Assembly (NCBI RefSeq): GCF_006345805.1
Contig: NC_042998.1
Location: 184,946,001 to 185,010,000 of the forward strand
Length of the DNA: 64,000 nucleotides
Reading direction: 5' to 3'
DNA from: Octopus sinensis
Lineage: Eukaryota
Below, in pieces: positions 38,925-53,528 of this stretch; the stretch's first letter is position 1, and each line of letters begins with the position of its first letter. The position numbers and the translations under genes are program-made. Below the pieces are notes generated by a model. That model was not told the origin of the DNA. It ran no database searches and worked only from the letters and a program-made list of their open reading frames with translations.

Positions 38925-39907
38925 TTGTAGGACTAAGGGTAATGGTGGTGGTAGAGGGGTAATGTTAACGGTGATGGTGATGCAGAAGAGGAGGTGGATG
39001 ATGATGATGATGAAGATGATGATGATGATGATGATGATAACGATGGTGGTGGTGGTGATGACGATGACGACGACAACAACGACGACCACGACGATGACAG
39101 CAGCATCAATAAAGCTGATCGTTTAGCCATTGTAATTTGAAAACTTGAAAAATGAAAATTCGTTCTCAATGTTTTTTGATGAAAATTATTTAACGACCAA
39201 ATAGTCCACACCTAGCTTATGGTGAAAAAGTTGGCATTACGCGACAGACCAAACTGAAAGGATTGCCGGAATTATATTGAACTGAAACTAGTTTAATTTA
39301 TTTCAATAATAGTAATAATAATGACGACGACAACAACAACAATAATAATAATAATAAATATTGTTGTAAATATAGCAATAACTCTTTCATTTTCATTTGC
39401 CACTAGCGACTTTTCATACATAAAACAAGGTGTTATGAAAAACTGGTTAAAAGAACGTATAGGGGTGTAAAAACTTAATTATACAACAAGTAGGAGTGGG
39501 GCATAAACGATGCACAATGTAAGGGCATATTAAAATTTCTGTGAAACTTCAGAGAATACACACACACACATATTTGTAATCGTATAAAATTTACCCTGTT
39601 TTCTCGTTTCATTTTATCCGTGTTGTCGCACATATTCACCCGCTTTTTCCAAAAATTTAATGCCTTTAGCTTAGATTTTTCGGTCCTACCAATTTTGAAC
39701 AGTCTCAAGTGTAATTGGCTGAAATTGTAGTGATAATTGGACTCTTGACTGATGAATAGAAAGCTACGAAAGTTCCGTCTTGGTTTTCCTGTCCATCTTT
39801 GTATCGCCCATCTGTCCATATGTTTTCACTGTCGTCCGTTACGTTCTTGTTCCGTTTATATAAATATAGCGGCGTACGTACAGCTTTTGCTGAGTTTGTA
39901 AGTAAAC

Positions 39908-39958
<51 letters not shown>

Positions 39959-40049
39959 TGTATGTATGTATGTATATGTATGTATGAATGTATGTATGTA
40001 TACACATATCAATGGTATGAAAGGTATTGGTGTCAGGAAGACTCAAATG

Positions 40050-41950
40050 GTATCGAGTAAAGCTAAGTAAATGCTACAACAAAAAAACCCTTACTCTTTC
40101 CTACAATTCGACATAAATAATTACCATTCTTTTTCTCCCAAACTTTTGAATCAAGCTCTTCTTCTAGCTAAGAACCTAACTAAATCAACCCCACTGGAAA
40201 TTAACATAATCCTTAATGCCTGCAAAACACATTTCTTTTGAGGGCAAACTCTGGTGCCGAACTAATCACCACAACAATAAACATAGCAACTTATTTGACA
40301 TTACCATGGGATCATCTGATCTCGCCTAGGTCATTGACCTGGTTGGACTATATATACTCAATCAGGTACAAATACATTTCCCTAGCATCAAGAGGGGTCC
40401 CTGCCGAGATGACGCCTTACTAGTTGCCAAAAGCATAAATAAATCATCTTTGGAAAGAACTAGAAAGGATCTACACAAATTCTTCTCTAACTTAAACCTA
40501 TCTATCACATTCGAAAATTCTCACAAAACTTCTAACGTTTTAGACGTAACTCTAAACTTATCTACCTCCCAGTACTCCCCTTACCACAAATCTAACCAAT
40601 ATCTTAAATACTCATACATTCATTTTAATCACCACAAATCTACTTTTGCTAGCACAATCAAAGATATCTCGACCCGTATATCTGACCTCTCTTCCACTGA
40701 GGAAATTTTTAATAACCACTCACCTTATTACAAGCAAGCACTCACCGTTAGCGGTTTCTCCCAACAAATAAAATACATCCATAACACCAGACTCAAACTA
40801 TATATATCTCAAACCACATCACAAAGATATACCAACCATCAGAATCACAACCGACGACACATACACTCTGATAGAACCCCGGAAGATCTCACACCTAGAC
40901 AACCTAGACCCCGCACGAATACATTTAACACTAGGTCAAAAACTAAAACAGCTAAAATAGCTAACAACAACAGGCTTTACTACTCTCTTCATTCTCCAAA
41001 AATGTGGATAACACTACTCCTAAACAATAAAAAAAAGTGGCGGTCGCTCAATTCTGTGGTACAACTCACTTACCGTTAAGAACTTAGCCAAATCCTTCTT
41101 TAAAATACTGGACTCCAACTTCCCTCGTCAACATAACTATTATTCTATCTTTAATAAATCCACCATGAAACTATCCTATTCTGCCCCACCCAGCTTCGAA
41201 TCTATCATAGCAGCCTCTAATTAAAAGAAAAAGCTTTCTCTCTACTATAAAAACTCACATAGTTACAACTCTAGATGCACGAACGCTCAGCATGTACAGA
41301 ACTCCAACACGGAAACCCTTAGAACTACAACCCAACCCATCCTACTACAATACCTACCACCCTTACAAATTGTACAATTAACAACAACAATAATAACATT
41401 AACGACACTAATAGTTTGGACTTTTCTTCCCCCTTCTCTAACCTCTCTGATAATATTACCTCCTCCATTCCTGAAAACAATCTCCAAAATACACCCACTT
41501 ATAACTGCCGTCCTGAGGCCATCTGCCCTTTACAAACCCATTGTAGAAGATGTAGAGTAATTTATAAATGCACTGTCCTTAACACATTACACAATTCTAC
41601 GGCCATATATATAGGATCAGCCATAAATTTTAAACAACGATATGCCGCTCTGTCCATTCTTTTAGATACAATAAACATAGTAAATATATAACACTCGCCA
41701 GTCACATACATCATCTCAAAAATATAAATATACCCTATACTTTGTCATGGTCCATAATAGATTCAGGGCTTCCCTGCCAAGGTCAACGCTCAGCCTGTAA
41801 GTTTTGCCTGAAGGAGGCACTCTACATATTAAAGCACAACTCTTCTACACTACTAAACAAACATAATGAGGCCCTAATCACATGCAACTACCGCTTTTTT
41901 TACACGTTCAAATTCTACCACAAATCTAAATGCCTAAATAACCACAAAGT
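40050..41950 (+). pseudogene. Decayed Penelope-like element (RT plus GIY-YIG endonuclease)
   Basis: CRDDALL at ~40402; LDVTLNL, RISDLSS and KQALTVSGF thumb motifs; CRPEAICPLQTHC, VIYKC, IYIGSAINFKQRY and CKFCLKEALYIL...LLNKHNE. Confidence 0.85.
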
Positions 41951-42635
41951 ATATTCCCACAATATCCCGTAGGTAATTCCCCTACAAACTTATGAATCTC
42001 CATGAAAAATCTTAATCCTTATCTAACCCCACCCTTCTTACTTTAGAATCACATCATTTAATTTATATAATATATAGATATACATACATGCATACATACA
42101 TACATACGTAAATACATACATACATACACACGCGCGCGCACGCACACACATATATTGTAATTTGTAACCGTGTATCTTTACCAATAATTTGCGTGAAACA
42201 TTTTCATGGAAATAGCCATCAAATTAGCCATCTCCTTCTTGGTCAGAAACCTGCATGTGATAATCTTCTGTCGGATAAAAACTTCAATAACATTAGCAGA
42301 CATGAACTCTCACCGTGGTTCACTTGTTTGTAGACATCTACAGATGCATACAGGTGCCATTCTCAATGTTAATTGGTCACTAACTCTATGCTCATATCTT
42401 CACATGTTCAATAAACATAGCGTCTGAACTTCGATGAAAGGAACTTGAGCAACTTATTCCTTCGATAGTCAAAGAAAACAAAGAAATTTTCATGTAACAG
42501 ACACTTGTAAGGGGTGAGTGAAAGCATTGTAAAACAATATGAATGTATGTATGAATATATATATATACATACATACATACATACATACATACATACATAC
42601 ATACATACATACATACATACATACATACATACATA

Positions 42636-43868
42636 CAGGGTGGAGCAGAGAGGACGGATGTTGTTGAAATGGCTATTACTCAGTCCCAGGGGGAAGGACA
42701 TAAGTCCGACAGGTACTATTCGGTACGTGGTGTCCTAGCATTTGCTTTTTCTTTTCAAGTGAAACGATGACACTTTGGATGATAGAGCATCACGTGTTTG
42801 CCTACGACAGTTACTTGAAGAATAACGAGTCTGTCGCAGCAGTTCAGCGTGAGTTTTGGTGCCACTTCAACATTCACAGAAATCAGGCTATTCCCACTCG
42901 TAACACCTTTTTACATTGAGTAAATGCACTTCGTACACGAGGTATACTAATGAATAGGAGGCTGGTAGCGGCACCACGAACGGTACAGACCCCAAGTTCG
43001 AATCGCTCTGCTCGGTGGCATTCCACTGAACTTGACATCGATAATCGATCGGTAAGGCATGTTTTGCATGAAGACCTGCATTTCTACCCGTACAAATTCG
43101 TCACTGGGCAACAGTTGAAACCACGGGACTATGCAATTTTTGACGCAAATGACAACCCCATTTTGTTAATGAGTGATGAAGCTCATTTTCATCTCTATGG
43201 CATGGTGAATCAACAGAACTGTCGTTATTGGGCTGTTGAAAATCTGAGAGAACTGCACAAAAGACCATTGTACAGCCCAAAAGTGATTGTCTGGTGTGCT
43301 ATTGGAAAAGCTGCCGTCATTATTCCTTACATTTTTAAAGACAATAATGGAATTGCTGTTACTGTGAACTCCAAGTGTTACATCGGGAGGATAAACAACT
43401 TCTTTGTGCCTGGATTACGACGAAAACGTATTCTTATTCGACGTGTGTGGTTTCAGCAGGATGGGGCAATGGCCCACACAGCCAGAGCATCAATGGACCT
43501 TCTTCGCCCTCTCTTCGGTGACCGCCTCATTTTCAGGTTTGCTGGCATTGCTTGTCACCCTCTATCCCCTGGTTTGTCCAAGTGTGATTATTCTTGTGGG
43601 GGAAATGCATACATTGGACGTATATGTGCGCATTAGCCGCCCAAATTGACAGAGCAATGCTGGAGAGAGTAGAGGCCAACTTCCAAGAACGCCTTCAGAA
43701 ATGCATCGATGAAAACGGACACCACATGATAGATGTTGTTTTCCACACTTGATTTTGACAAATGTTAAATTCAGTACGAACACATTGATGTCATTAAAAT
43801 TTGTTTGCACTTAAATTTAATGATTTCGTGCATTTTTCAAAAACACCCGCCCTCCCTGCCCCAATCTG
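42636..43868 (+). mobile_element. Full-length decayed Tc1/mariner, rosa-type (DD41D)
   Basis: TA-flanked TIRs cagggtggagcagagaggacggatgttgttgaaa / tttcaaaaacacccgccctccctgccccaatctg; SDEAHFHLYGMVNQQNCRYW; 41 residues between the D of QQDG and the D of SKCD. Confidence 0.9.
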
Positions 43869-43939
43869 TATATATATATATATATATATATTATATTTCC
43901 ATACTGTTACTGTTTACCTCTCGCTCAGAGATTTAATAT

Positions 43940-44900
43940 GGTTTATTTCTTCTTTTTGGAGATCAGTGAATGTCGTGGACCTTTTCAAACTGGTTCACCA
44001 ATGTTCACCAGACCGATAAATACTGCATGTCCTGCCTGGCCTACGAATGACGGCGGAACGATCTTCACGTTGAACTCAACCAATAGCTGGATTCGCTCTA
44101 CTCGAGACAGCAGATGTTCGACATAATTTCTGAAGTCAGCAATACACGGACATTGGACGAATGCGTGAACAGAAGTTTCGTCGTCTGCGCACGTCTCAGA
44201 AAGGTTCAGCTGACAACACTTCTGTGTAATTACTCAATCGGCAATTTCCCCCACACCACGTAGCTCTTCCAGGCCAAGGATTGCCTGAAGTTATCCATTG
44301 ATCCAGGCCCGAAAGTCCTTCAGAATAAATAAGCCAGTTGATTCTCGAAGACATCCAGAGTTTCTCTGAAAACGTTGTCGCCCTTGTTCGCCTCTAACCC
44401 TATATAGAAGGTTGTAGTAGTTGATTTGTGCTTCTATCATCATATCGTGGTCATTTGAATAGTATCGGTTACTTCGATGTGCTTAGTGTCCGACTCTATG
44501 ACGAGTATGTAATCCGTGCATATTGATAAGATTCTTCCGCTTCCTTATTTTCGGCTTCGAGTGACATGCACCCATCATGGCCAGTTAAAGACTGAATTGT
44601 GGCTTTATGGCCACTTTGCGCCTCACCCTCTCGAGTTCATCGGACAACTTTAGCACTCTCGTGTCTTACAGCACGCGCCTTACCTCTCACAATGCAGCTT
44701 TTATGCTTTCGTTGAAGAATTAATCAAGGGCTAATCTTACGAGTAGCACATGGGTTAAGATGCCTAAGCGCGTTTTCTAAGTTTCTAACTAGGTATTCTT
44801 CTAATCTGTTTTTCTCTGTTGCTGCTTCCCTACTAAACCTTATTGATTCCACTTCAATCGCCATTTCCAGAGCGTACCACCACATTCAGCTTTGAAGAAT
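43940..44900 (-). mobile_element. Decayed L1/Tx1-type LINE C-terminal fragment
   Basis: A minus frame reads ETCADDETSVHAFVQCPCIADFRNYVEHLLSRVERIQL...KIVPPSF (CCHC-like). Confidence 0.5.
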
Positions 44901-45059
44901 ATTTCAGTACGGAACTGGAATCGTTGATATGCCTGCACTATATGGTCTTTATTAATTTTGGACATTGCCTGGAGAATGGCGGCCTTCAGTGAAGCCATAG
45001 TATTGTAAGGTTGACGATTAGTTGCCCGTTTAACGACGTCTCAAATATAGTAGTCCGTT

Positions 45060-45497
45060 TCCTTGATTCACATCTGGATTCTTTTGCAGAGAACCTTGGA
45101 GCAGTGTCTGATGAGCAAGGGGAACGCTTTCATCGATGGAACAACGATATCAAGGATTATGGAATGCAGGAATGTTAGATTACTACTGTTAGGTGTTATA
45201 CAGGAATGTACCTGAGACAAAACACCATAGAAAGTCCAAATCCCAAGCAGTTGAGATTGTTCTAAATTATTTGCACAAAATAATTTTTTGTACAATAAAA
45301 AGCCATGAAATTATCGTATCTTGTATTTAATATACCTTATATAGACATGCTTTACGTATCCTATAAGTTAAAACAGCAGGTATCATTAACATGATAATCA
45401 GCATCAAAAATGCTGGGTTAATCAGCATCAAAAATTAACCCAGAAAAGTCAATCGGCAACTCTGATGATTAAAAAAGTTTCATTTTGTTGACCAGTG
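45060..45497 (+). mobile_element. 3' end of a Chapaev3-like (CMC) DNA transposon
   Basis: HLDSFAENLGAVSDEQGERFH motif; terminus ttttgttgacCAGTG followed by tta. Confidence 0.55.
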
Positions 45498-45989
45498 TTA
45501 TTTACATATGCTAACACATATTTGTTTAATGTGTGTATGAGTGCGCCATTATGTGTTACTGTATGAGTGCGCGCGTATGTGTTTGAGAGTGTGTGTGTGT
45601 ATGTGTGTGTGTGTATGTGTGTGTGTGTGTATGTGTGTGTGTCTGCGTGTGTGTGTGCACGTACGTGGGCGTGCTATAACAAGGTGAGGGAGTATTCTTA
45701 TGACCAGCGGGCGACATTTCGAGACAGTGAATCAAAATAGATTTCACTCAAAACAAGATCTCACTATTTCATGCACTTGAAACAAGTACGTTAACACTTC
45801 AGTAAAGTAAGACTGTCCGATTATTGTCGGATCGTAAACATTGATTTTATTGATAAAACTTTTCCAGCTCATCATTAAATCAATCGTCTCAGTTATATGT
45901 GTGCGGTGCGGGTTCATGTTTATATATATATATGTGCTATGTGCGTATACAAGCATGTGAATGTGCACGCACACACACACACATATATG

Positions 45990-46020
<31 letters not shown>

Positions 46021-46546
46021 ATGAAATCGGTTTAACAAAAGAATATTAAAGAAATTTCTTTCATTTGATTTTGCCAATGAGGTCGTCTACATCTAAACAG
46101 AAAATATTTTCAATAAATGCTCCCTATTGTCCAAAATTTGAATCTCCCCACCGCCATTTCAAAGCTGTCGTCTGCCCTTCAATTTCTTTTGAAAAAAATA
46201 TTCTTTCATCAGATCCTCTTTCTATTTTGTTATTGAAAGTTTGAAGTCATTTTCTCACTGAAAGCCTTTGGACACAAGAATCTTTTTAAAGTCAATCGTG
46301 TTTAAACAAAACTGAAAACCTAAGAAAGGAAGAAAAATAATCAGAATAAAGAAAGTTAATTTGTCTCTTGATTGCTTTTGTCATTTTTTAATTTTTACTC
46401 CTTTTTACTGCTCATTCAGTCTTTTTATTCATTGATTCTATTTAACACATTCATTATTTAATATTTTTTTCCTTTCATATGTACAGAAAACCATGCATAG
46501 ACACATACATATACATGTACACATACACACACACATGTATACACAT

Positions 46547-46584
<38 letters not shown>

Positions 46585-46607
46585 GTATGTATATATATAT
46601 ATATGTA

Positions 46608-46650
<43 letters not shown>

Positions 46651-47860
46651 GTGTGTGTATGTGTGTGCGCGTGTATATACGAATATATATATATAAATAC
46701 CCATACATATATATATATATATTTATATATATATGTATGTATATGTATGTATGTAAAAACATATATATATACATGCACATGTACACATACATATATACAT
46801 ACATGCATAGACATACACACGCACATACATACGAACACACACACACACACACACATATATATGATGTTTTCCACCATTTATTTCAAAGATTTAAATAAAT
46901 ATATTATCTTCCCCGCCTCCTATAAAAATCTCAAGCCAATTTGTTTTCTTTTCTTTTCTTCTTTTTGTTTCTCTTTCTCTTTAGAAAGATTCTCCAAAAT
47001 GAATTTACTTTATGTGGATGGACTGTTCCGTTTATTTTATTTTATTTTTCTCTAAATACCGAAGCAAGTTTATTGTTACTGTTAGCATAGTTTATGTGCG
47101 AAGAGTCATGTTTCGATCTCAAGTTGTTACCGTTTTCACTCTCAATATCCTTTTTTTTTTATATTTTCAGTTTTATTATTTTTGTTGTTGTTTTTGCCTT
47201 TATTTATTTATACTGTATTATTTTTACTTTTCTTCCTCCCCACCCACCCACTAATCATTATTTCTTCATTTTTGATTTTATTTTTATATATTTTTTTTTT
47301 ATTCCTTTCTATTCTTTTACCAGAAAGCTTGTTGTTTTTTCCAACAGTTGAAAGTGTCACGCTAGCGTGACGATTTCTCCGAACCGGGGACATCACAGAA
47401 TAATAACATATAATAAAATAAATGAAGATACCAAAGCAAAATCAGATAGCAAAAAAAACAAAACAAAAACAAAAACTGATTAAAAAACAACAACAAGCAT
47501 TGGATTACAAACTGGATATTTGTTCATGCTCTTGTTTTTGTTCATTCCATTTATGTAATTCGGAAGTACTTCCATTTAATCACTCCTACCGCCACCCACC
47601 GAGCCTCCGCTCCCAATCCCATCATCACCACTAACACTCACTTCAACCAGCACCATCAGCATCATTATCAACAATACCACCACTACAACCACCGCCGATA
47701 CCAGTATCACCATTGACAGCACCGCTGCTGCCTCCATTACTACCACCACCACCAACAACATCATTGGCAACAGAGTGCTACAGCCACATCACAGGCGCCA
47801 CTGCTATTAGAATTATCATCAATTTTGTCATCATCGTTATCATCTTTTTCCTAATCCTCT

Positions 47861-47891
<31 letters not shown>

Positions 47892-48971
47892 CGTCGTCAT
47901 TATCATTATCACCATTATCGCCTTGACGGTCGTCATTATCATTATCATCATCATTATCATCGTCGTCATCGTTAACTCTATCATCGTCGTCGTCATTATC
48001 ATTATCACCATTATCGCCTTGACCCTCATCATCATTATCATCATCACCATCATCATTATCATCATCATTATGATCGTCGTCGCCGTCATCGTTGACTCCA
48101 TCATCGTCGTCGTCACCATCATCATCATCATTATCATCATCATCATTATCATCATCATCATCATCACCATCAACAACATCATCATCACCATCATCATTAT
48201 CATCTCCATCGTCGTTATCGTCGTTACGAGCAAAGCATCGTATCGCCAATTGTTAAAGTTATTGTTGTTGTTATTCTTCCTTAACTTCATTTGCAGTTGT
48301 TGTTGTAGCTGTTATTTCAGTTGTTACCCGTTGAGTTTGTCACAGATGTTGTTGTTGTTGTTATTTTTCTTACATTTGAAAAATCAAAATGAAAATTGGA
48401 AAGAAGAAGAAAAAAAAAAGCTAAACAAAAAAATTCCACAATATAACAAAAAAAAAATCCAAAATGAAAGACACTCAAAACAACAACAATAACAACAACA
48501 ACAACAACAACAAGTATTAAACAGAAAAACAAAGCAGAGCTGAAAGATGTTAATGAGAAAAAGGCGTATAGAGTTATTAGAGGATAAACCAAGCGCAGCA
48601 TGATGTGCAGTGTTGTGTAACCAACAGTGACTCGAAGACAAACAAGCGAGACAAAGAACACAGCAATATGAAAGGCGATGATAAAAGAACGTAACAAACA
48701 AACAAACAAACAAACAATTTAAACAATAAAGCAACGACAAAAACAAAGACAAAAAAACAATTAAAAAAATGGTGGAAAGAAAAGAGAAAAGCGAAACGAC
48801 AAAAAAAAAATAATCGAAACAAAAGGAAGCAAGAATTTTAAACAAAATTAACCAAAAAAATTAACCTATCGCAATTGATGTAAAATTAAATGAAAAACAA
48901 AACAAAAATACGTTTAAATTTAAAAATGTATAACAATAATGAAAATAATGTAGTATATATACTTATATGTA

Positions 48972-49027
<56 letters not shown>

Positions 49028-49130
49028 TATATATATATATGCATATATATATACTTACATATAAACACATACGTATATATGTGTATATATATATATGTAC
49101 GGATACATAAATATATATATATATATATCA

Positions 49131-49172
<42 letters not shown>

Positions 49173-49197
49173 AATACATGTACATATATATATATAG

Positions 49198-49247
<50 letters not shown>

Positions 49248-49259
49248 GTATATACATAC

Positions 49260-49304
<45 letters not shown>

Positions 49305-49331
49305 CATGTACATATATATGTATATACATAC

Positions 49332-49373
<42 letters not shown>

Positions 49374-49552
49374 TATATATACATACATAATACATACATA
49401 TATATATGCATACATAAATGTATATACGTTTGCATATCCATAATACGAAAGAAAATCAAAACAAGGGGGCGTTAATATATGTCGAAGAGGGTGAGAGATG
49501 TTTGCTTATAAGAGTGAACGTGTGCGTGTGTGCGTGAGAGAGAGAGAGAAAC

Positions 49553-49591
<39 letters not shown>

Positions 49592-49834
49592 GAAGTGAAG
49601 TAAGGTGAAGTGGTGAAGAATTAAACGTTTCCATTCCGCACCAGAGATGAAACAACAGCCGGCGCTTACTGACTTATTAAAGCCCGGCCCGGAACTATTT
49701 CCAAATATATACATACATTTGTGACATTTCCTTTCTCTTTGTATGTATCTTGCCGTTTATCAATCTATCAATCAATTGATCTATCTTTTAAACTAGCTAA
49801 CTGCCTTCCTCTTCTCTCTCTCTCTCGCTCTTTC

Positions 49835-49865
<31 letters not shown>

Positions 49866-50098
49866 TATATACATACAAACATATATACATATTCACACAT
49901 ACATAATATCAGCCTATGTCTTGCTATTGTCTAGATATGTGTGTATTTATCTAGCTTTCTTAGTTTATCAACTTGTATATTGATATTGCATATTTATAAA
50001 TTTCTACGTCTATGTGCCTGGATTTCCCCCACTCAAGCCTATCTTCTCTCTTTCCCCCTATCTCTCTCCCTCTGTGGGTGTGTGTGTATATGTACATG

Positions 50099-50153
<55 letters not shown>

Positions 50154-50894
50154 TATAATAATAATAAATATTAGGGAATAAATCCAAATTTACAGGGATT
50201 TTGTCTCTAATAATATTTCATATATATATATATATATATATACATGTATATGTATCCGTATTAATCTATCCTGATTTTTCCTTTTGTATATCGGGAAGAA
50301 AATTCATACAAATATCAATATGCTATGTGTGCGTGTATGTATGTATGTATGTATGTATGTATGTATGTATGTATGTATGTATGTATGTATGTATGTATGT
50401 ATGCACGTATGCATGTATGTATGTATGCATGTATGTATATGTTTGTATCTATGTATGTATGCATGTGTACATGCATATATGTGTATTTTTTTTATGTATA
50501 GCATTATTAAGTTTTAAATGTATATTGCCCACACATATCCAGATCGAGTTGCCTCTTTCTCATTAACATCTTTGAAAGATGCTTTGTTTTCTGGGAGGTC
50601 TTAAAAAGGTTGCAGGAGCTACCCTGCCTCTCATTCTGCCAAATAATTAATAAGATACACGAAAACTTGTACGTGTGTGTAAATATATATATCTTTATAT
50701 GTGTGTGTGTGTGTGTTTATAATATCATGTATATCATATTATATATACGAGCATATATATATACACATATATATACATGCATATATATATATATATAAAC
50801 ACACGAGCATCGGTTGTCAAGCGATGTTGGATGGGACAAACACAGACACACAAGCATACACGCACGCATATATATATATATACATCTATACGAC

Positions 50895-51030
50895 GGGCTT
50901 CTTTCAGTTTCCGTCTACCAAATCCACTCACAATGCTTTGGTCGGCCCGAGGCTATAATAGAAGACACTTGCTCAAGGTGCCACGCAGTGGGACTGAACC
51001 CGGAACCATGTGGTTTGTAAACAAGCTACT
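50895..51030 (-). mobile_element. SINE family C head
   Basis: Homologous to 13789-13945. Confidence 0.85.
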
Positions 51031-51167
51031 TACCATTTATTTATTCATATATCATATCATGCGTATGCGTATATATATGTATATATATATATATATATAT
51101 ATAACACGCACGCATATATATATATATATATTATATATATATATATATATACACGCACGCATATATA

Positions 51168-51211
<44 letters not shown>

Positions 51212-51469
51212 ATATGTGTGTATGCATGTATATGTATAAAGATACACACACGCGCGCGCGCACACGCACATACACTCAAATATGGCGTTTCTATTCTGGA
51301 ATAGTCACATCATGCCGCCACTACAATCAATGCTATCAGCGACAAATCACAATCCAGTATTAAATTCCCTCCCTCCCTATTCATTTTGCAATTCTTTTTT
51401 TTCACCTCCATCATGGCATACTGATTTTTGAACCCTGAGCCTTAATCCATTTCTTCATTAGATGACAAT

Positions 51470-51956
51470 ATATATATATAAAGCCTTGAAACTCTACTCT
51501 CTCCAGCGTCGCCGTGAGCGGTACATCATTTGTACGATGTGGAGAATATACCGCCAACTTTGCCCAAACGACCTGAACATTAGCTTCAAGGTTCATCCAA
51601 GACTGGGACCACGGGCCATACGTCCCCTGCCCAATTCAAGATCAAAGCATACATGTACACTACAACATAATTTCTTTTCCTCAACAGGCCCTGCCCTATT
51701 TAACATTGTCCCGAAAAAGATCAAAGAGGAACAAGATCCCATCAACTTTAAACGGAGTCTGGATAGATTCCTTCAAGGAATACCAGATAAGCCACCCATA
51801 ATTGGATACAACTCACCCAACAAAAACTTACTACTTGAATGGAGCATAAACAAAACTTCACTTAAACTGGATTCAAATAATCCTGTCAGGTGGTGCTATT
51901 AAGTTAGACATGGCCTGGACCAATCTTTGGTCGAAACATATCTAAGTTTATCTAAG

Positions 51957-51957
<1 letters not shown>
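51470..51957 (+). mobile_element. 3' end of a CR1/L2-group LINE (same family as 22770-23190)
   Basis: LQRRRERYIIC...GPALFNIVPKKIK...FKRSLDRFLQGIPDKP; same 3'UTR and tail. Confidence 0.7.
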
Positions 51958-51984
<27 letters not shown>

Positions 51985-51987
<3 letters not shown>

Positions 51988-52283
51988 AAAAATTCTTTTC
52001 GACCTTTTAGAATTGGAATTTTTGAAAAGTGAACATTTTTCTGGTTGAAATACACCGAAAAATGGCGACAAAAAAATCGTAAAAAATAGGGATTTTCATA
52101 GAGAAAAAGCACCTTTTTGATGTAAATAATTTTGGTCTGATTTGAATTGTTTCTGTTACGGAAGCCTTCTACCATACTCTCAATTTTGGTCAACTCGCGC
52201 CGCAGGGTCTCGGAGGAGAGAGTGTTAGTTGAAGGCTACCAAACCTGCCAGACACACAGACAACTTCAGCTTTATTTATATAT
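51985..52283 (-). mobile_element. Helitron-like family H2, 5' part
   Basis: Reverse-complement homolog of 53959-54230. Confidence 0.55.
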
Positions 52284-52284
52284 G

Positions 52285-52870
52285 CAGTGGGGGGAAATAA
52301 ATATTCGTAAATGTCAAAATTCTTTATCTATTTAATTTCTAATGAACATAAATGGAATATACCAATACTATATTTGCATACACATGTATAAATTAAGAAT
52401 ATGCTAAAGAAACTAATAAATTATAGTAACTAAGGAATTCATATTCAATTATAAATATTTAGGGGTGAAAAAAGTATTCGTACAGAATAAATTTATGATT
52501 TTCTATACCCTAAAATACTATTAAAATAATTTTTTTCTTACTTGAAATAATTTTTTTGTTATTGTTCCAATAATCTTAACAGTTGTCATTTTTAAGTGTC
52601 AAAACGCTAGCGTCTTCATTCAGCACCGAGACAACATAAAGTAGTATCGTAATAATGGCGAATAGTAAAGAACTCACAAATTCAGTGAAAAACTTAATTA
52701 TTCAACAGTGGAAAAGAGGTAAAAGTTACAGGAAAATATTAGAGACCCTTTGTATTCCATTTTCTACCATATCTTCATTTATTCAAAGATATAAAAAAAT
52801 CGGGGAACTGTTGAAAACAGAATAAGATCTGGTGCACCACGCAAGATTTCTCCTAGATCTTCAAGAAAAA
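52285..52870 (+). mobile_element. Left part of a Tc1-like transposon
   Basis: TIR-like cagtggggggaaataaatatt; from 52655 MANSKELTNSVKNLIIQQWKRGKSYRKILETLCIPFSTISSFIQRYK..GTVENRIRSGAPRKISPR (paired-like HTH). Confidence 0.75.
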
Positions 52871-53492
52871 CGAAGCGAAGAATCGAAAATTATTCTTTTG
52901 GTGTCTTTGCTTTTAGTTTTGATGTAGGAGCTTTGACTTTTACTTCTGATTTGCGAACTGGATCTGTTAAAGTACTTGATTGCACATCTTTCAACTGGTT
53001 ACTCTTTTCTACTGCTGGGGTCAAATTTAACTTTAACTTTCTTAATTCCCTCATTACTATTTGCTTTCTTCAGTGGTGATATTGGAATCGTTTGTGTAGC
53101 TGCCTCCTTGGTATGATCATGGCTTATATTGTAAACCCAATCCTTCTAGACTTCTGGAGTTTCTGGAAATTCCATTACTGCTTGTTTCAGCGTCGTGCTT
53201 TAACCCTTCCTCTATCATGTACGGTCTGTAACTTCACCATGGTATAAGAACAGGTAAATAAATTCTTTCTTTCTTTTATAGTTCGTAAAGTAATGACGTC
53301 TTTAATTAGATTGTTGGGGAAATTATTCATCCATAATCTATGTCATTAGAAAATGGCGAATGTCTTCTTACCAAATTTCGCTTCATCTCCTGAATTCTAG
53401 ATTTTAAGAGGCTTGGATCTTTTGGCTTCCAACTATGTTTTTTTTTTTATATTGTTCTGCTGTTCTGTTAATATAGTTTATCTTACTATGAG

Positions 53493-53528
<36 letters not shown>

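Noticed and set aside
44165-44215. Minus-strand CTGAGA...GAAAC motif
   Set aside because: The core is one base short, stem I is absent, and the stretch is L1/Tx1 coding sequence.
45098-45125. CTGATGAGC motif
   Set aside because: It encodes SDEQ of the transposase remnant; no GAAA or stems follow.
51905-51945. gacca-atctt-tggtc-GAAAC hairpin
   Set aside because: No catalytic core upstream; better explained as the LINE 3'UTR stem-loop.
52870-53420. Possible minus-strand LINE ORF1 remnant
   Set aside because: Looks protein-like in composition but no motif could be assigned.
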